From assembly GCA_035945675.1 (NCBI GenBank), contig DASZAB010000025.1:1108-65107 (forward strand): a stretch of 64,000 nucleotides of DNA, read 5' to 3'. The notes under the pieces are model-generated. The model saw only the letters and a program-made list of their open reading frames with translations. It searched no databases and was not told the origin of the DNA. Made by a program: the position numbers and the translations under genes. The stretch comes from Verrucomicrobiia bacterium (GTDB lineage Bacteria; Verrucomicrobiota; Verrucomicrobiia; Limisphaerales; UBA11358). Below are positions 36,423 to 45,427 of the stretch, piece after piece; position 1 is the stretch's first letter; every line of letters begins with the position of its first letter.

Positions 36423-38222
36423 ATGGCCGGCACAATTTCTCCCGCGATCCTTGAACGCATTCGCGCCGCCAGTGACATTGTGGATGTCATTGGCTCGTAC
36501 CTGCCGTTGAAAAAGGCGGGCGCGAATTTCGTCGCGCTCTGCCCGTTTCACAAGGAGAAGACCCCCAGCTTCAACGTCAATCCGCACCGTCAGATTTTCC
36601 ACTGTTTCGGCTGCCACAAGGGCGGCGATGTGTTCACCTTCGTCAAGGAACACGAAAACATCGGTTTTGTCGACGCCGTGCGCCGGCTGGCCGACCGCGC
36701 GAAAATTCCGCTCGAATTCGACCAAAGCCCCGGCGAACAGCAATCCCGCCATCTCAAGGACCAGTTGCTCCAGATTCACGAGCAGATCGCGCAACGCTGG
36801 CAGAATTGCCTGCTCAATGAAGCCGCCGGCCAGGTCGCCTGCGATTATCTGGCCAAACGCGGGGTCCCACCGGAAGCCGTGAAGTTGTTCCGGCTCGGCG
36901 CCGCGCCCGATTTGTGGGACGACACCGTCAATTGGGCCAAAAGCAAGGACTACGAATTGTCGTTGGTCGAGAAGGCCGGGCTGATTTTGCGGAAGGAAAA
37001 CACCGAACATTTTTACGATCGATTTCGCGGGCGGCTCATTTTCCCGATTTGCGACGAGCAGGGCCGGGTGATTGGTTTCAGCGGCCGGGTCTTGTCCGGT
37101 GACGAAAAAGCCGCCAAATACGTCAACTCGCCCGAGACCCCGATTTTTACCAAGAGCCGGGTTTTCTTCGGCCTCGACAAATCCAAACGCGCGATTCTGG
37201 ACGCCGGCTTCGCGATTATTTGCGAGGGGCAACTCGATTTGATCGCCTGTTTTACCGCGGGCGTGCAAAACATCGTCGCGCCCCAAGGCACGGCCTTTAC
37301 CGACCAGCACGCGCGCATGCTCAAGCGATACGTGGACGAAGTCGTGCTCTGTTTTGATTCGGATGAAGCCGGCCAGAATGCCGCCGTACGGTCGCTCGAT
37401 CATTTGCTCGCGTCCGGCCTGGCCGTGCGCGTCGCCGTCGTGCCCGCGCCGCACGACCCGGACAGTTTCATCAAGGCCAACGGCGGCGAGGCGTTCCGCA
37501 AACTCGTCGAAAACGCCGAAGGGTTCTTTGATTATTTGCTGAATCGTCTTTGCGCACAGAATGACGTGAGCAGCGACAAGGGCCGGAACATCGTTTTGCG
37601 CGACATGGCTGCGGCCGTTCACAAGACCGGCAACACCGTGCTGATTGACACCTATGCCCAAAAGACTGCGCTGCGGCTGGGTGTTTCGCCGGAGTCTGTA
37701 CGCGCAGAATTTGCAAAAGCCCGGAGGTCGGAGGTCGGAGGTCAGAGGTCTGAAAACGAAGATTCAGTGACAAGTGAACCGGAACCCGAAGTGTCACGTC
37801 CGTCCAATCATGAATTTCATCTGCTCAAACTGTTGTTAATTCACGATGAATTGGTGGCCTGGGCGGCATTGCATTTGGACGTGAGCTGGATGGTGCATCC
37901 GCTCGCCCGGCAGATCGTGGCCCAACGGTTCGCCGCGCAGACGCATGAGACCTGGAAAAGCCTCGCCGCCTTTTTGGATGAGTGTGAAACGCCGGGGATG
38001 CGGGCGCTCGTCACCGAGGCCGTGGCTGAAGACCGCAAGATTCCCAGTCCCGAGCAGCAACTGACCGATGTGACATTGAAACTGCGCAATCAATTTCTGG
38101 ACCGGCAGATCGCCGCTTTGACTCAAAAAGCCAGTCAGCCGGGAGTTTCCGATGTCGAAAAAGTAGACTTGTTGCGCCAGCAGCAAAAGTTGCGTGAACG
38201 GAAACGCGCGCCTTTGGGATAA
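36423..38222 (+). CDS. dnaG: DNA primase
   Basis: Zinc-binding CPFHKEKTPSFNVNPHRQIFHCFGCHKGGDVFTF, RNA-polymerase core, TOPRIM (ICEGQLDLI, DSDEAG), and a C-terminal helical domain. Confidence 0.95.
   Translation: MAGTISPAILERIRAASDIVDVIGSYLPLKKAGANFVALCPFHKEKTPSFNVNPHRQIFHCFGCHKGGDVFTFVKEHENIGFVDAVRRLADRAKIPLEFDQSPGEQQSRHLKDQLLQIHEQIAQRWQNCLLNEAAGQVACDYLAKRGVPPEAVKLFRLGAAPDLWDDTVNWAKSKDYELSLVEKAGLILRKENTEHFYDRFRGRLIFPICDEQGRVIGFSGRVLSGDEKAAKYVNSPETPIFTKSRVFFGLDKSKRAILDAGFAIICEGQLDLIACFTAGVQNIVAPQGTAFTDQHARMLKRYVDEVVLCFDSDEAGQNAAVRSLDHLLASGLAVRVAVVPAPHDPDSFIKANGGEAFRKLVENAEGFFDYLLNRLCAQNDVSSDKGRNIVLRDMAAAVHKTGNTVLIDTYAQKTALRLGVSPESVRAEFAKARRSEVGGQRSENEDSVTSEPEPEVSRPSNHEFHLLKLLLIHDELVAWAALHLDVSWMVHPLARQIVAQRFAAQTHETWKSLAAFLDECETPGMRALVTEAVAEDRKIPSPEQQLTDVTLKLRNQFLDRQIAALTQKASQPGVSDVEKVDLLRQQQKLRERKRAPLG
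37723..37750. repeat. 4 x 7-mer tandem array (GGAGGTC) inside dnaG
   Basis: ggaggtc|ggaggtc|ggaggtc|agaggtc encodes RSEVGGQRSE in the linker before the C-terminal domain. Confidence 0.8.
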
Positions 38223-38430
38223 CGAGTGACGGGTAATGGGAGAGGCGGCGGCGTCAGATTTGCGGCGGGTTGGCCTGTGTGACGGTTGTCGGGTATGGGA
38301 TGGTCAATGAATCGGAATCAAGCTTCCTGATTTCAAAACCCGATACTCCGCACCCAGCAGTGGCATCAGCAATACTTCATTTCCGGCAAGTAATTGCGGT
38401 TGCAATTAATTACAACTGCCGGAAATGGAA

Positions 38431-38459
38431 AAGGCGCAATCCGTTGCGGACTGCGCCTT
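38431..38459 (-). terminator. Candidate intrinsic terminator downstream of the cytochrome c gene
   Basis: On the minus strand: aaggcgca-(13-nt loop)-tgcgcctt followed by ttccatttcc. 8-bp stem with an interrupted U-tract. Confidence 0.4.
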
Positions 38460-38524
38460 ACTGGTCACTTGCTTGCCGGACCGAAGCTTTTTAGCGGAGG
38501 TGGGTCACACTCGCCACGGGTCAC

Positions 38525-38950
38525 TCATTTCGCGCCCTGATCAATCCACGCGCGAATCAGACCGATTTCTTCCGGCGTGAGCGGCTTGATGCCGGCCCGG
38601 TTGTGGAGCGGCGGCATCCAGTCATGGTCGTCCTTGGTGGCGTGCGCCACCGCAAGCACCATCTGGCTTTTGGCGCTGTCGCCGGGGAGAACGACCTTGC
38701 CATCCTTGCTGCCTTTGAGCGCACCGGCAAGGCTGTCAAGCTTCAGATGAGCCTTGGGCTTCTTGCCGCTATGGCACTTGGTGCAGGAATGGTCGAAAAT
38801 GGATTTAATATTGTTGGCGTAGGTGACGCCGGTTTGGGTCGAAGCCGGCGGCAGTTCGGCGGCGTGGGCGGTCAGCGTGGAAACGGCAAAGGCCAGCCCC
38901 AACAACGTGGCCGACGTGATAGTGAGTTTTATCGAGGTTCGGTTTTTCAT
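38525..38950 (-). CDS. Secreted c-type cytochrome domain protein (PSCyt1-like)
   Basis: Signal peptide; heme motif CTKCH within FDHSCTKCHSGKKPKAHLKLDS; a WMPP motif further on. Confidence 0.7.
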   Translation of the reverse strand: MKNRTSIKLTITSATLLGLAFAVSTLTAHAAELPPASTQTGVTYANNIKSIFDHSCTKCHSGKKPKAHLKLDSLAGALKGSKDGKVVLPGDSAKSQMVLAVAHATKDDHDWMPPLHNRAGIKPLTPEEIGLIRAWIDQGAK

Positions 38951-39075
38951 TTGTTTGCTTATTGTGCGGACAATTGAAACTTAAGACGGTTAAAAGGTCA
39001 AAAGGTTTCAATCAAAAAGCCAATTTTTAAAAGGGCCAACTTGCGGACGGCCCGGTCCTGGGCTAACCCTTTCGC

Positions 39076-39945
39076 GTGAAACGCGATGAATTCGCCGAGG
39101 CCGTGCTCGTGGTGTTGGGCCATGGCACGGAACAAAATGCCGATTCCGCCGCGCCGGTTTACCAACATGCGGCCGAGTTGCGCCGCCGGAAAGTCTTTGC
39201 CGCCGTGCATGAGGCCTTCTGGAAACAGGAACCACCCGTCAGAAAAATTCTGGCAAACCTTTCCGCTTCCCGTGTCTTCATCGTGCCACTCTTCATCAGC
39301 GAAGGCTATTTCGCCAGCGAAGTGATTCCCCGCGAACTTGGCTTTGAGATTCAAAATTCAAAATTCAAAATTCAAAATGTGCCGGGGAGGGACCGGACGC
39401 TTTACTACTGCTCGCCGGTCGGTTCGCATGACAGCATGACCGGCGTGATTCTGTCACGCGCCCGGGAAATCGTGGAAAAATTTCCCTTCCCGCGCGCGCC
39501 CAGGCCGGCAGAAATCACCCTGTTCATCGCCGGGCACGGCACGGAAAAGAACGAAAATTCGCGCCAGCCGGTTGACCGGCAGGTGGCATTGATCCGCGCA
39601 TTGGATCTTTACGGCGGTGTTCACGCGATTTTCCTTGAAGAAAGTCCGCGCATTCCCGAATGCTACCGGCTCGCGCCGACGAAAAACCTGGTGGTGGTGC
39701 CCTTTTTTATCAGCGACGGTTTGCACACGCAGGAAGACATTCCGGTGTTGCTGGGCGAGGCGCGGGCGGCCGTTCGGCAGCGGCTGGCCGCCGGACAGCC
39801 GACGTGGCGCAACCCGACGGAAAAAAACGGCAAATTGGTCTGGTACACGCCGGCCATCGGCAGCGAACCGCACCTGGCGGACGTGATTCTGGAACGGGTG
39901 CGGGAAGCTGGCAGGAGTCGAGGTGACGAGACTCCAACTGAATAG
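39076..39945 (+). CDS. CbiX/SirB-type chelatase-like protein, two-domain form
   Basis: Two repeats of the CbiX pattern: VLVVLGHGTEQ...VFIVPLFISEGYF and TLFIAGHGTEKN...LVVVPFFISDGLHT. GTG start. Confidence 0.7.
   Translation: MKRDEFAEAVLVVLGHGTEQNADSAAPVYQHAAELRRRKVFAAVHEAFWKQEPPVRKILANLSASRVFIVPLFISEGYFASEVIPRELGFEIQNSKFKIQNVPGRDRTLYYCSPVGSHDSMTGVILSRAREIVEKFPFPRAPRPAEITLFIAGHGTEKNENSRQPVDRQVALIRALDLYGGVHAIFLEESPRIPECYRLAPTKNLVVVPFFISDGLHTQEDIPVLLGEARAAVRQRLAAGQPTWRNPTEKNGKLVWYTPAIGSEPHLADVILERVREAGRSRGDETPTE
39349..39376. repeat. 4 x 7-mer perfect tandem array (ATTCAAA) inside the cbiX-like gene
   Basis: attcaaa x4 encodes the IQNSKFKIQN segment of FEIQNSKFKIQNV, exactly in the linker between the two chelatase halves. 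Confidence 0.85.
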
Positions 39946-39947
39946 AA

Positions 39948-39981
39948 TTCAGAGACTCCTGACGTCGTCTCCGACAAAGGA
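39948..39981. repeat. Intergenic copy of the GAGACTC...TCGTCTCC element
   Basis: ttcagagactcctgacgtcgtctccgacaaagga. Compare the in-frame clpB copy at 22201. Confidence 0.5.
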
Positions 39982-39989
39982 TTTAATTT

Positions 39990-41090
39990 ATGAAACAACT
40001 GCGGATCGGAATCTTAAGCACGGCCCGGATTGGCCGTCAGAACTGGAAGGCCATCTTCAATTCCGGCAATGCCGTGGTTACGGCGGTTGCCAGCCGCGAC
40101 ATGGAACGCGGCCGGGAATACATCCGTAAACTCCAGGAAGAGTTTCCGTTCGCCGCCACGCCCGCCGCGTTGGGCAGATATGAAGAACTGCTGGCCGCGC
40201 CGGACGTTGACGCCGTTTACATTCCGCTCCCGACCGGGCTGCGCAAGGAATGGGTTTTGCGCGCGGCGGCCGCGGGCAAGCATGTCGTTTGTGAAAAGCC
40301 TTGCGGCGTGACTGCGGCTGACGTCCAGGAGATGACCGACGCCTGCCGCCAGCACCGCGTGCAATTCATGGACGGCGTCATGTTCATGCACAACCCGCGA
40401 TTGGCGCGGGTTCGCGAAATCCTGGACGATGGCAGAAGCGTCGGTCCGATGCGGCGCATTGCATCTGCGTTCAGTTTCCTGGGTTCGGGCGGATTTTCCG
40501 ACAGCAACATCCGCGTGGATGGGCGGCTGGAGCCGACCGGTTGCCTTGGGGACCTGGGCTGGTATTGCATCCGGTTCACGCTTTGGGTGCTGAAATGGCA
40601 ACTGCCGCACACGGTCACCGGCCGGATGCTCACACAATCCGAGCCGATGGGCGGTCGTAAGCCGGCGCCCACGGACTTCTCCGCCGAACTGGTTTTTGAC
40701 GGCGGCGTTTCGGCCACCTTTTACTGTTCGTTCCTCGCCGCCCTGCAACAGTGGGTTTTTGTCAGCGGCCGGGATGGCTGGCTGCGAATGCCGGATTTCG
40801 TCCACCCCTTCAATGGCTTTGAACCGGCTTTTGAAGTCAACCGGACGGAGATTCGCGTGCCCACAGGTGCGCCAACGCCGGCGCCGGGTTGTGACCTGGC
40901 CGGCCTTGGCCACCCGGCCGCGCAGAACACCGTCATGTTCCGTAATTTCGCCAGCCAGATCTTTTCCGGCAAATTAAACGAAGAATGGCCGATGTGGGCG
41001 CTGCAAACACAACGGGTACTGGATGCGTGTTTTGAGTCGGCGCAACGCAGCCAGCCTGTTAAGCTGCAGCCGGCGGGCTCAGTTAAATAA
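39990..41090 (+). CDS. Gfo/Idh/MocA-family NAD(P)-dependent oxidoreductase
   Basis: MKQLRIGILSTARIG Rossmann N-terminus, the EKP motif (VVCEKPCG), and a C-terminal alpha/beta domain. Confidence 0.85.
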   Translation: MKQLRIGILSTARIGRQNWKAIFNSGNAVVTAVASRDMERGREYIRKLQEEFPFAATPAALGRYEELLAAPDVDAVYIPLPTGLRKEWVLRAAAAGKHVVCEKPCGVTAADVQEMTDACRQHRVQFMDGVMFMHNPRLARVREILDDGRSVGPMRRIASAFSFLGSGGFSDSNIRVDGRLEPTGCLGDLGWYCIRFTLWVLKWQLPHTVTGRMLTQSEPMGGRKPAPTDFSAELVFDGGVSATFYCSFLAALQQWVFVSGRDGWLRMPDFVHPFNGFEPAFEVNRTEIRVPTGAPTPAPGCDLAGLGHPAAQNTVMFRNFASQIFSGKLNEEWPMWALQTQRVLDACFESAQRSQPVKLQPAGSVK

Positions 41091-41175
41091 CTGATTGGTT
41101 TCATGGGTGATTTGTGACGGCGCAGAAACCCACTTAACTCATTTAACCGGTTACGAGCCACCTGTCACCCCGCAT

Positions 41176-41203
41176 TTCCATCTTCCATCTTCCATCTTCC
41201 ATC
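41176..41203. repeat. 4 x 7-mer perfect tandem array (TTCCATC) upstream of tyrA
   Basis: ttccatc x4, ending 15 nt before the GTG start. Confidence 0.85.
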
Positions 41204-41218
41204 CGCTATCTTCATGGC

Positions 41219-42109
41219 GTGCGGTTTCGGAAAATCACCATCATTGGCGTCGGGTTGCTCGGCGGTTCGATCGGACTGGCCGTGAAACGCCGGAAGCTCG
41301 TATCGCCCGGCGGAGTGGCCGGCTTCGTGCGCCGCGTCGCCAGCCTGAAGGACTGCGAGCAAGCGGGGGCCGTGGACTTTGCCACGACCGATTTGCTCGC
41401 CGCCGCCTGGGGTGCCGACCTCGTGATTCTCTGCACGCCGCTGGCGCAGATGCGTCCACGCGTTCAGGAGCTGCTTCCGGCGCTGAAACGTGGCGCGATC
41501 GTCACCGACGTGGGCAGCGTGAAGGCTGGTGTCGTGCGTGAACTGGAACCGCTCGTTGCCAGGGCCGGCGCGCATTTTGTCGGCAGCCATCCGATGGCCG
41601 GGGCGGAACGAACCGGCGTCAGTGCTGCCAGTGCGGGTTTATTTGCGAAGGCCGTCTGCGTCGTCACCCCCACCGGGAAATCCAATCCGGCGGCGGTTCA
41701 CAAAGTGGAACAATTCTGGACATTGCTGGGTGCGCGAACGCTGCGGCTGGCGCCCGAACAGCACGATTTGCTGGTAAGCCGTTCCAGCCACCTGCCGCAT
41801 ATCCTGGCGGCAACTTTGGCCGGTTACGTGCTCAAACCGGCGCAGCCAAAACATCAGGCCGCGCTGTGTGCCAACGGCTTCCGCGATACAACGCGCATTG
41901 CGTCCGGCTCGCCGGAAATGTGGCGTGACATCGCGTTGGCCAACCGCAAAAATCTCGGCCGCGCATTGGAGGATTTCGTTTCCGATTTGAAAAGTTTCCG
42001 GCGCGACCTGGCGAAAGCCGATGCGAAGGCCATCACAAAATTTTTTGAAACAGCGAAAGCCCGCCGCGACGGCTGGTGCGCGCGTTGCGCCTCGCCGTCG
42101 CCGGAGTGA
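41219..42109 (+). CDS. tyrA: Prephenate dehydrogenase
   Basis: ITIIGVGLLGGSIG Rossmann motif, VTDVGSVK, FVGSHPMAGAE and SHLPHILA. Confidence 0.85.
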   Translation: MRFRKITIIGVGLLGGSIGLAVKRRKLVSPGGVAGFVRRVASLKDCEQAGAVDFATTDLLAAAWGADLVILCTPLAQMRPRVQELLPALKRGAIVTDVGSVKAGVVRELEPLVARAGAHFVGSHPMAGAERTGVSAASAGLFAKAVCVVTPTGKSNPAAVHKVEQFWTLLGARTLRLAPEQHDLLVSRSSHLPHILAATLAGYVLKPAQPKHQAALCANGFRDTTRIASGSPEMWRDIALANRKNLGRALEDFVSDLKSFRRDLAKADAKAITKFFETAKARRDGWCARCASPSPE

Positions 42110-42116
42110 TCTCCAG

Positions 42117-42149
42117 CCACAGATGAACACCGATAAACACAGATTTTTA
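42117..42149. repeat. GATGAACAC-family 3 x 10-mer array
   Basis: (ccaca)gatgaacacc|gataaacaca|gatttttatt, immediately after the tyrA stop. Confidence 0.5.
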
Positions 42150-42156
42150 TTTTGCG

Positions 42157-42219
42157 CCCCTCGCCCCGTCTTTCCCCCCGCCTGGCGGGGAGAGGGTGGC
42201 CGCAGGCCGGGTGAGGGGA
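42157..42219. repeat. GC-rich nested palindromic element (GGGGAGAGGG family), copy 2
   Basis: cccctcgcccc-gtctttc-cccgcc-t-ggcggggagaggg-tggccgcaggccg-ggtgagggg. Confidence 0.6.
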
Positions 42220-42261
42220 GTGATTTGCCTCCGCAGCCCTCGGAGTCCATCCGGGATTAAA

Positions 42262-43590
42262 ATGCCGTTACCTGAACTTATTGAAATCGTGCCGCTCGAC
42301 AATCCGGTGCAGGCGGAAGTTACTGTGCCGGGCTCGAAGAGCATCACCAACCGCGCCCTGATCCTGGCCGCGCTGACGGACGGCGAGGTCACGCTGGGGA
42401 GCGCCCTCTGGAGCGAAGACACCCAAATCATGGTCGAGTGCCTGCGCCGGCTCGGCTTCACGGTAACGATCGCTCCCGACCCGGAGGAATTTTGCAACCG
42501 TACCATCACGGTGGGTGGCCTGGGCGGGAAAATTCCCAATGCGGGGACCGCGGAAAAGCCGCTGGAATTGTTGGTGGGCAACTCGGGCACGGCGGCGCGG
42601 TTTCTCGCGGCGTTCGTTTGCCTGGGAAACGGCGTCTATCGCTTGAGCGGCGTGCCGCGCATGCACGAACGTCCGCAGGCGGCCTTGTTTCAGGCATTGC
42701 GGCAACTGGGTTGCCGGGTGGATTCGCCGAACGACAAGTTGCCGGCCGTGATTCACGGGACCGGCCCGCGCCCCGGCCGATGCCAGGTGAGCATCGAGGA
42801 AAGTTCGCAGTTTGCCAGCGCGCTGCTGATGTGCTCGCTGGTGGCCGGCTGGCAGGTCGAGATTGTCGGGGAAAACGTCGAGGAATCGCCCTACGTTTAC
42901 ATGACGCGCGAAATGTGCGCGTATTTTTACTGGAGCCGGAAGCACAGCCGGCACCCGGAGCGGGGCATGAAAGGCGGCGTTTATCCCGTTGATCCGGATT
43001 CGTCCAGCGGCAGTTATTTTCTGGCCGCCGGCTGGCTGGCCGCCGGTTCCGCTCAAAATGAGCCACACCCCGTCTCGGTGGAGCGCTGGCCGATTCTCGG
43101 AGCGGGGTATCAGATAGATACCAATTTTTTGAATTACCGGGTTCTTCCCGAAACGGTTTCCCGGAAGACTGATCTGGGCGACAGCATCATGACGCTGATG
43201 ATGATGGCGCCGTTTGCGGATCATCCGGTGAAATTTATTGACCTCGACCACCTGCGCGTCCAGGAATGCGACCGGGTTTCCGCTTTGCACACGGAACTGG
43301 CCAAGTGTGGCGCGAAAATCGTGGAGGAAGACGACACCCTGACGGTTTATCCCTCCTCGCTGCACGGCGCGGAGATTGAAACCTACAATGACCATCGGGT
43401 GGCGATGTGTTTTGCGGTTCTGGGCTTGAAGGTGCCGGGGGTCCGAATCCGGAACCCGGCTTGTGTGAAGAAGACATTTCCAAATTTCTTCCAAAAATTC
43501 GCGGAAAAGCCGCCGCACGGTCTGGGTGTGGAGATCCGGGACGTGAAGACCGGACGAAAATTGACAAGCGAAGATTTATTTGCGGACTAG
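42262..43590 (+). CDS. aroA: 3-phosphoshikimate 1-carboxyvinyltransferase (EPSP synthase)
   Basis: VTVPGSKSITNRALILAAL, LLVGNSGTAARFL, and RVQECDR / NDHRVAM near the C-terminus. The start is set at ATG 42262. Confidence 0.95.
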   Translation: MPLPELIEIVPLDNPVQAEVTVPGSKSITNRALILAALTDGEVTLGSALWSEDTQIMVECLRRLGFTVTIAPDPEEFCNRTITVGGLGGKIPNAGTAEKPLELLVGNSGTAARFLAAFVCLGNGVYRLSGVPRMHERPQAALFQALRQLGCRVDSPNDKLPAVIHGTGPRPGRCQVSIEESSQFASALLMCSLVAGWQVEIVGENVEESPYVYMTREMCAYFYWSRKHSRHPERGMKGGVYPVDPDSSSGSYFLAAGWLAAGSAQNEPHPVSVERWPILGAGYQIDTNFLNYRVLPETVSRKTDLGDSIMTLMMMAPFADHPVKFIDLDHLRVQECDRVSALHTELAKCGAKIVEEDDTLTVYPSSLHGAEIETYNDHRVAMCFAVLGLKVPGVRIRNPACVKKTFPNFFQKFAEKPPHGLGVEIRDVKTGRKLTSEDLFAD

Positions 43591-43591
43591 A

Positions 43592-43657
43592 TCGTCCTCG
43601 CTCTCTTTCTCGTCCTCGTAATCGGTTTTTCGAGGACGAGAACGAGGGCGAGAAGGA
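43592..43657. repeat. Inverted pair of 4 x 6-mer arrays forming a hairpin between aroA and cmk
   Basis: The left arm ...tcctcg|ctctct|ttctcg|tcctcg and the right arm cgagga|cgagaa|cgaggg|cgagaa are separated by a 12-nt loop (taatcggttttt). At least 12 bp of perfect stem lie next to the loop. Confidence 0.6.
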
Positions 43658-43664
43658 AAAGCTG

Positions 43665-44324
43665 ATGAAAGAGTCATTTGTCATTGCGATTGACGGCACG
43701 AGCGCCAGCGGCAAGAGCACAAATGCCCGGCTGGTCGCGCGGGCGCTGGGCTGGGTCTACGCGGACACGGGCGCGATGTACCGCACGCTGGCCTGGTATT
43801 GTCTGAACCACCGGATTGAGGTGCAGGACGCCCGGGCCGTGGCCGCGGCGTGCCGGAAATGGAAAACGAAACTGGCGTGTGTGGAGACAGACGGTTTGCG
43901 CGTCGCGCGGTTGTTCGTCGACGGTTATTTTCCCGAGAAGGAGATTCGCACCGCCGAAGTCAGCGCCGCCGTGCCGCACGTTGCCGCCATTCCGAAGGTG
44001 CGGGAGTGGATGGTGAAACGCCAGCGCGAGTGCCTGCTATTCGGCAATCTCGTCATGGAGGGCCGCGACATCGGCACGAACGTTTTCCCGGAAACCGATT
44101 TCAAATTTTATCTCGATGCGCAACTGGAGGAGCGCTCGCGCCGCCGCGCCGCCGACGGCGTCCAGGAAAACCTGGCCGCGCGCGATCAGCATGACAGCCA
44201 GCGCGCCGTCGCGCCGTTGATGGTTCCACTGGGAGCGAAGGTGATCAATAATTCGAATCTGACCTCCGGGCAGACCAGCGGGCTCATCATCGCGGAGGTT
44301 AGAAAACGGCTGGCCGCGAAATGA
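43665..44324 (+). CDS. cmk: Cytidylate kinase
   Basis: IAIDGTSASGKST P-loop, YADTGAMYR, and GRDIGT.VFP. Confidence 0.9.
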   Translation: MKESFVIAIDGTSASGKSTNARLVARALGWVYADTGAMYRTLAWYCLNHRIEVQDARAVAAACRKWKTKLACVETDGLRVARLFVDGYFPEKEIRTAEVSAAVPHVAAIPKVREWMVKRQRECLLFGNLVMEGRDIGTNVFPETDFKFYLDAQLEERSRRRAADGVQENLAARDQHDSQRAVAPLMVPLGAKVINNSNLTSGQTSGLIIAEVRKRLAAK

Positions 44325-44959
44325 ACCGTTCCTACCGCCTTGGTTGGATTTTCTTTCGCACCCTGTACGCGACCTATTTTCGCTGGCGGGTTTTCAATCC
44401 GGAGCGCGTTCCGGAAACCGGCGGCGTCATCCTCGCGTCCAACCACGCGAGCTTTCTCGACCCGCCGCTGGTCGGCGCGGGATTGAAACGCGGCATCAAT
44501 TATCTGGCTCGTGAATCGCTGTTTCGATTTCCGGGCGTTGGTGCGCTGTTGCGCTCCTGGAGTGCCGTGCCGGTGGACCGCGACGGCGGCGGCGCCGCCG
44601 GCTTGAAGGCCATTCTCGACCGGTTGCTCGCCGGCGACGGTATCATTTTATTCCCGGAAGGCACGCGGACGCGTGACGGCAATCTGCAGCCCGCGCGCTC
44701 AGGCATCGGACTGGTCGTGATCAAATCCAGCGCGCCGGTTGTGCCGGTACGCGTGTTTGGCACTTACGAGGCTTATGGCCGGCACATAAGGTTTCCACGT
44801 CCCGGACGGATTGCCGTGAAATACGGCCAACCGATGACTTTTGAAAAGTTGCGCGCCGAGGCGAAGGATTGTTCCAAAGCGCGGCTCAAGGAGATTTATC
44901 AGCAAATCGCGGATGAAATCATGGCGGCGATTGCAAAGCTGGAGGCGAAAGAAGATTAA
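44321..44959 (+). CDS. plsC: 1-acyl-sn-glycerol-3-phosphate acyltransferase
   Basis: NHASFLDP (HX4D) and FPEGTRT motifs. ATGA overlap with cmk. Confidence 0.85.
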   Translation: MNRSYRLGWIFFRTLYATYFRWRVFNPERVPETGGVILASNHASFLDPPLVGAGLKRGINYLARESLFRFPGVGALLRSWSAVPVDRDGGGAAGLKAILDRLLAGDGIILFPEGTRTRDGNLQPARSGIGLVVIKSSAPVVPVRVFGTYEAYGRHIRFPRPGRIAVKYGQPMTFEKLRAEAKDCSKARLKEIYQQIADEIMAAIAKLEAKED

Positions 44960-45020
44960 CGGATTTATGATTTACGACGGATGATCGATGATTTTCAAGA
45001 GTTCCGTCGCAACCAGGAAA

Positions 45021-45048
45021 ATCGTAAATCGTGAATCATCAATCGTAA
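45021..45048. repeat. 4 x 7-mer array, ATCGTAA family
   Basis: atcgtaa|atcgtga|atcatca|atcgtaa. A partial inverted copy (gatttatgatttacgac) lies at 44962-44978. Confidence 0.75.
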
Positions 45049-45054
45049 ATCCGG

Positions 45055-45387
45055 TCAGATTCCCAGGTTCGAGAGCGTATTGCTGATGTTATTGACGATC
45101 CGGACGAGTTGCGGATGGGATTTCTCAAAGCCCTCGACCGAAGAGCGCAATCCTTCCAGCGAATGGTGCAGCGATTGCGGATTTTGTTGCGTCCGCGTGG
45201 CTTCATACGCCGAAAGCTGCGCAAAGCCGGCAATGCTCTGCGCCTGCTCGTCGTGGGTCTTGGAAAGCTTGCCGACCTCTGATTTCAACGTGCCCAGCAA
45301 TTGAAGCAATTCGCGTTTGCGGTCTTCGCTGAGGTTATCCGCGCTGCGGATTTTTGCCTCGATTTCGTTCAGACTGCTTTCATTCAT
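45055..45387 (-). CDS. Small helical protein, DUF4404-like
   Basis: 111 aa from ATG 45387 (MNESSLNEIEAKIRSADNLSEDRKRELLQLLGTLKSEV...). The family assignment is from memory and tentative. Confidence 0.5.
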   Translation of the reverse strand: MNESSLNEIEAKIRSADNLSEDRKRELLQLLGTLKSEVGKLSKTHDEQAQSIAGFAQLSAYEATRTQQNPQSLHHSLEGLRSSVEGFEKSHPQLVRIVNNISNTLSNLGI

Positions 45388-45427
45388 ATTGCTAGAGTAT
45401 TCGTTGTTGGAAATTCGGCAAGCGCGT

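Noticed and set aside
35781-37661. 626-aa minus-strand ORF covering cvpA and the first two-thirds of dnaG
   Set aside because: It is antisense to the unmistakable primase zinc-finger and TOPRIM motifs. It is a high-GC antisense artefact.
42021-42260. Small ORFs translated through repeat elements (for example PAWRGEGGRRPGEG at 42021-42260, IYDLRFTIY at 45917-46201 and 1855-2145, MNTDGHR at 25397-25873)
   Set aside because: Their only distinctive peptide segments are the translations of the palindromic or tandem repeats. They overlap real genes or tiny spacers and have no start context.
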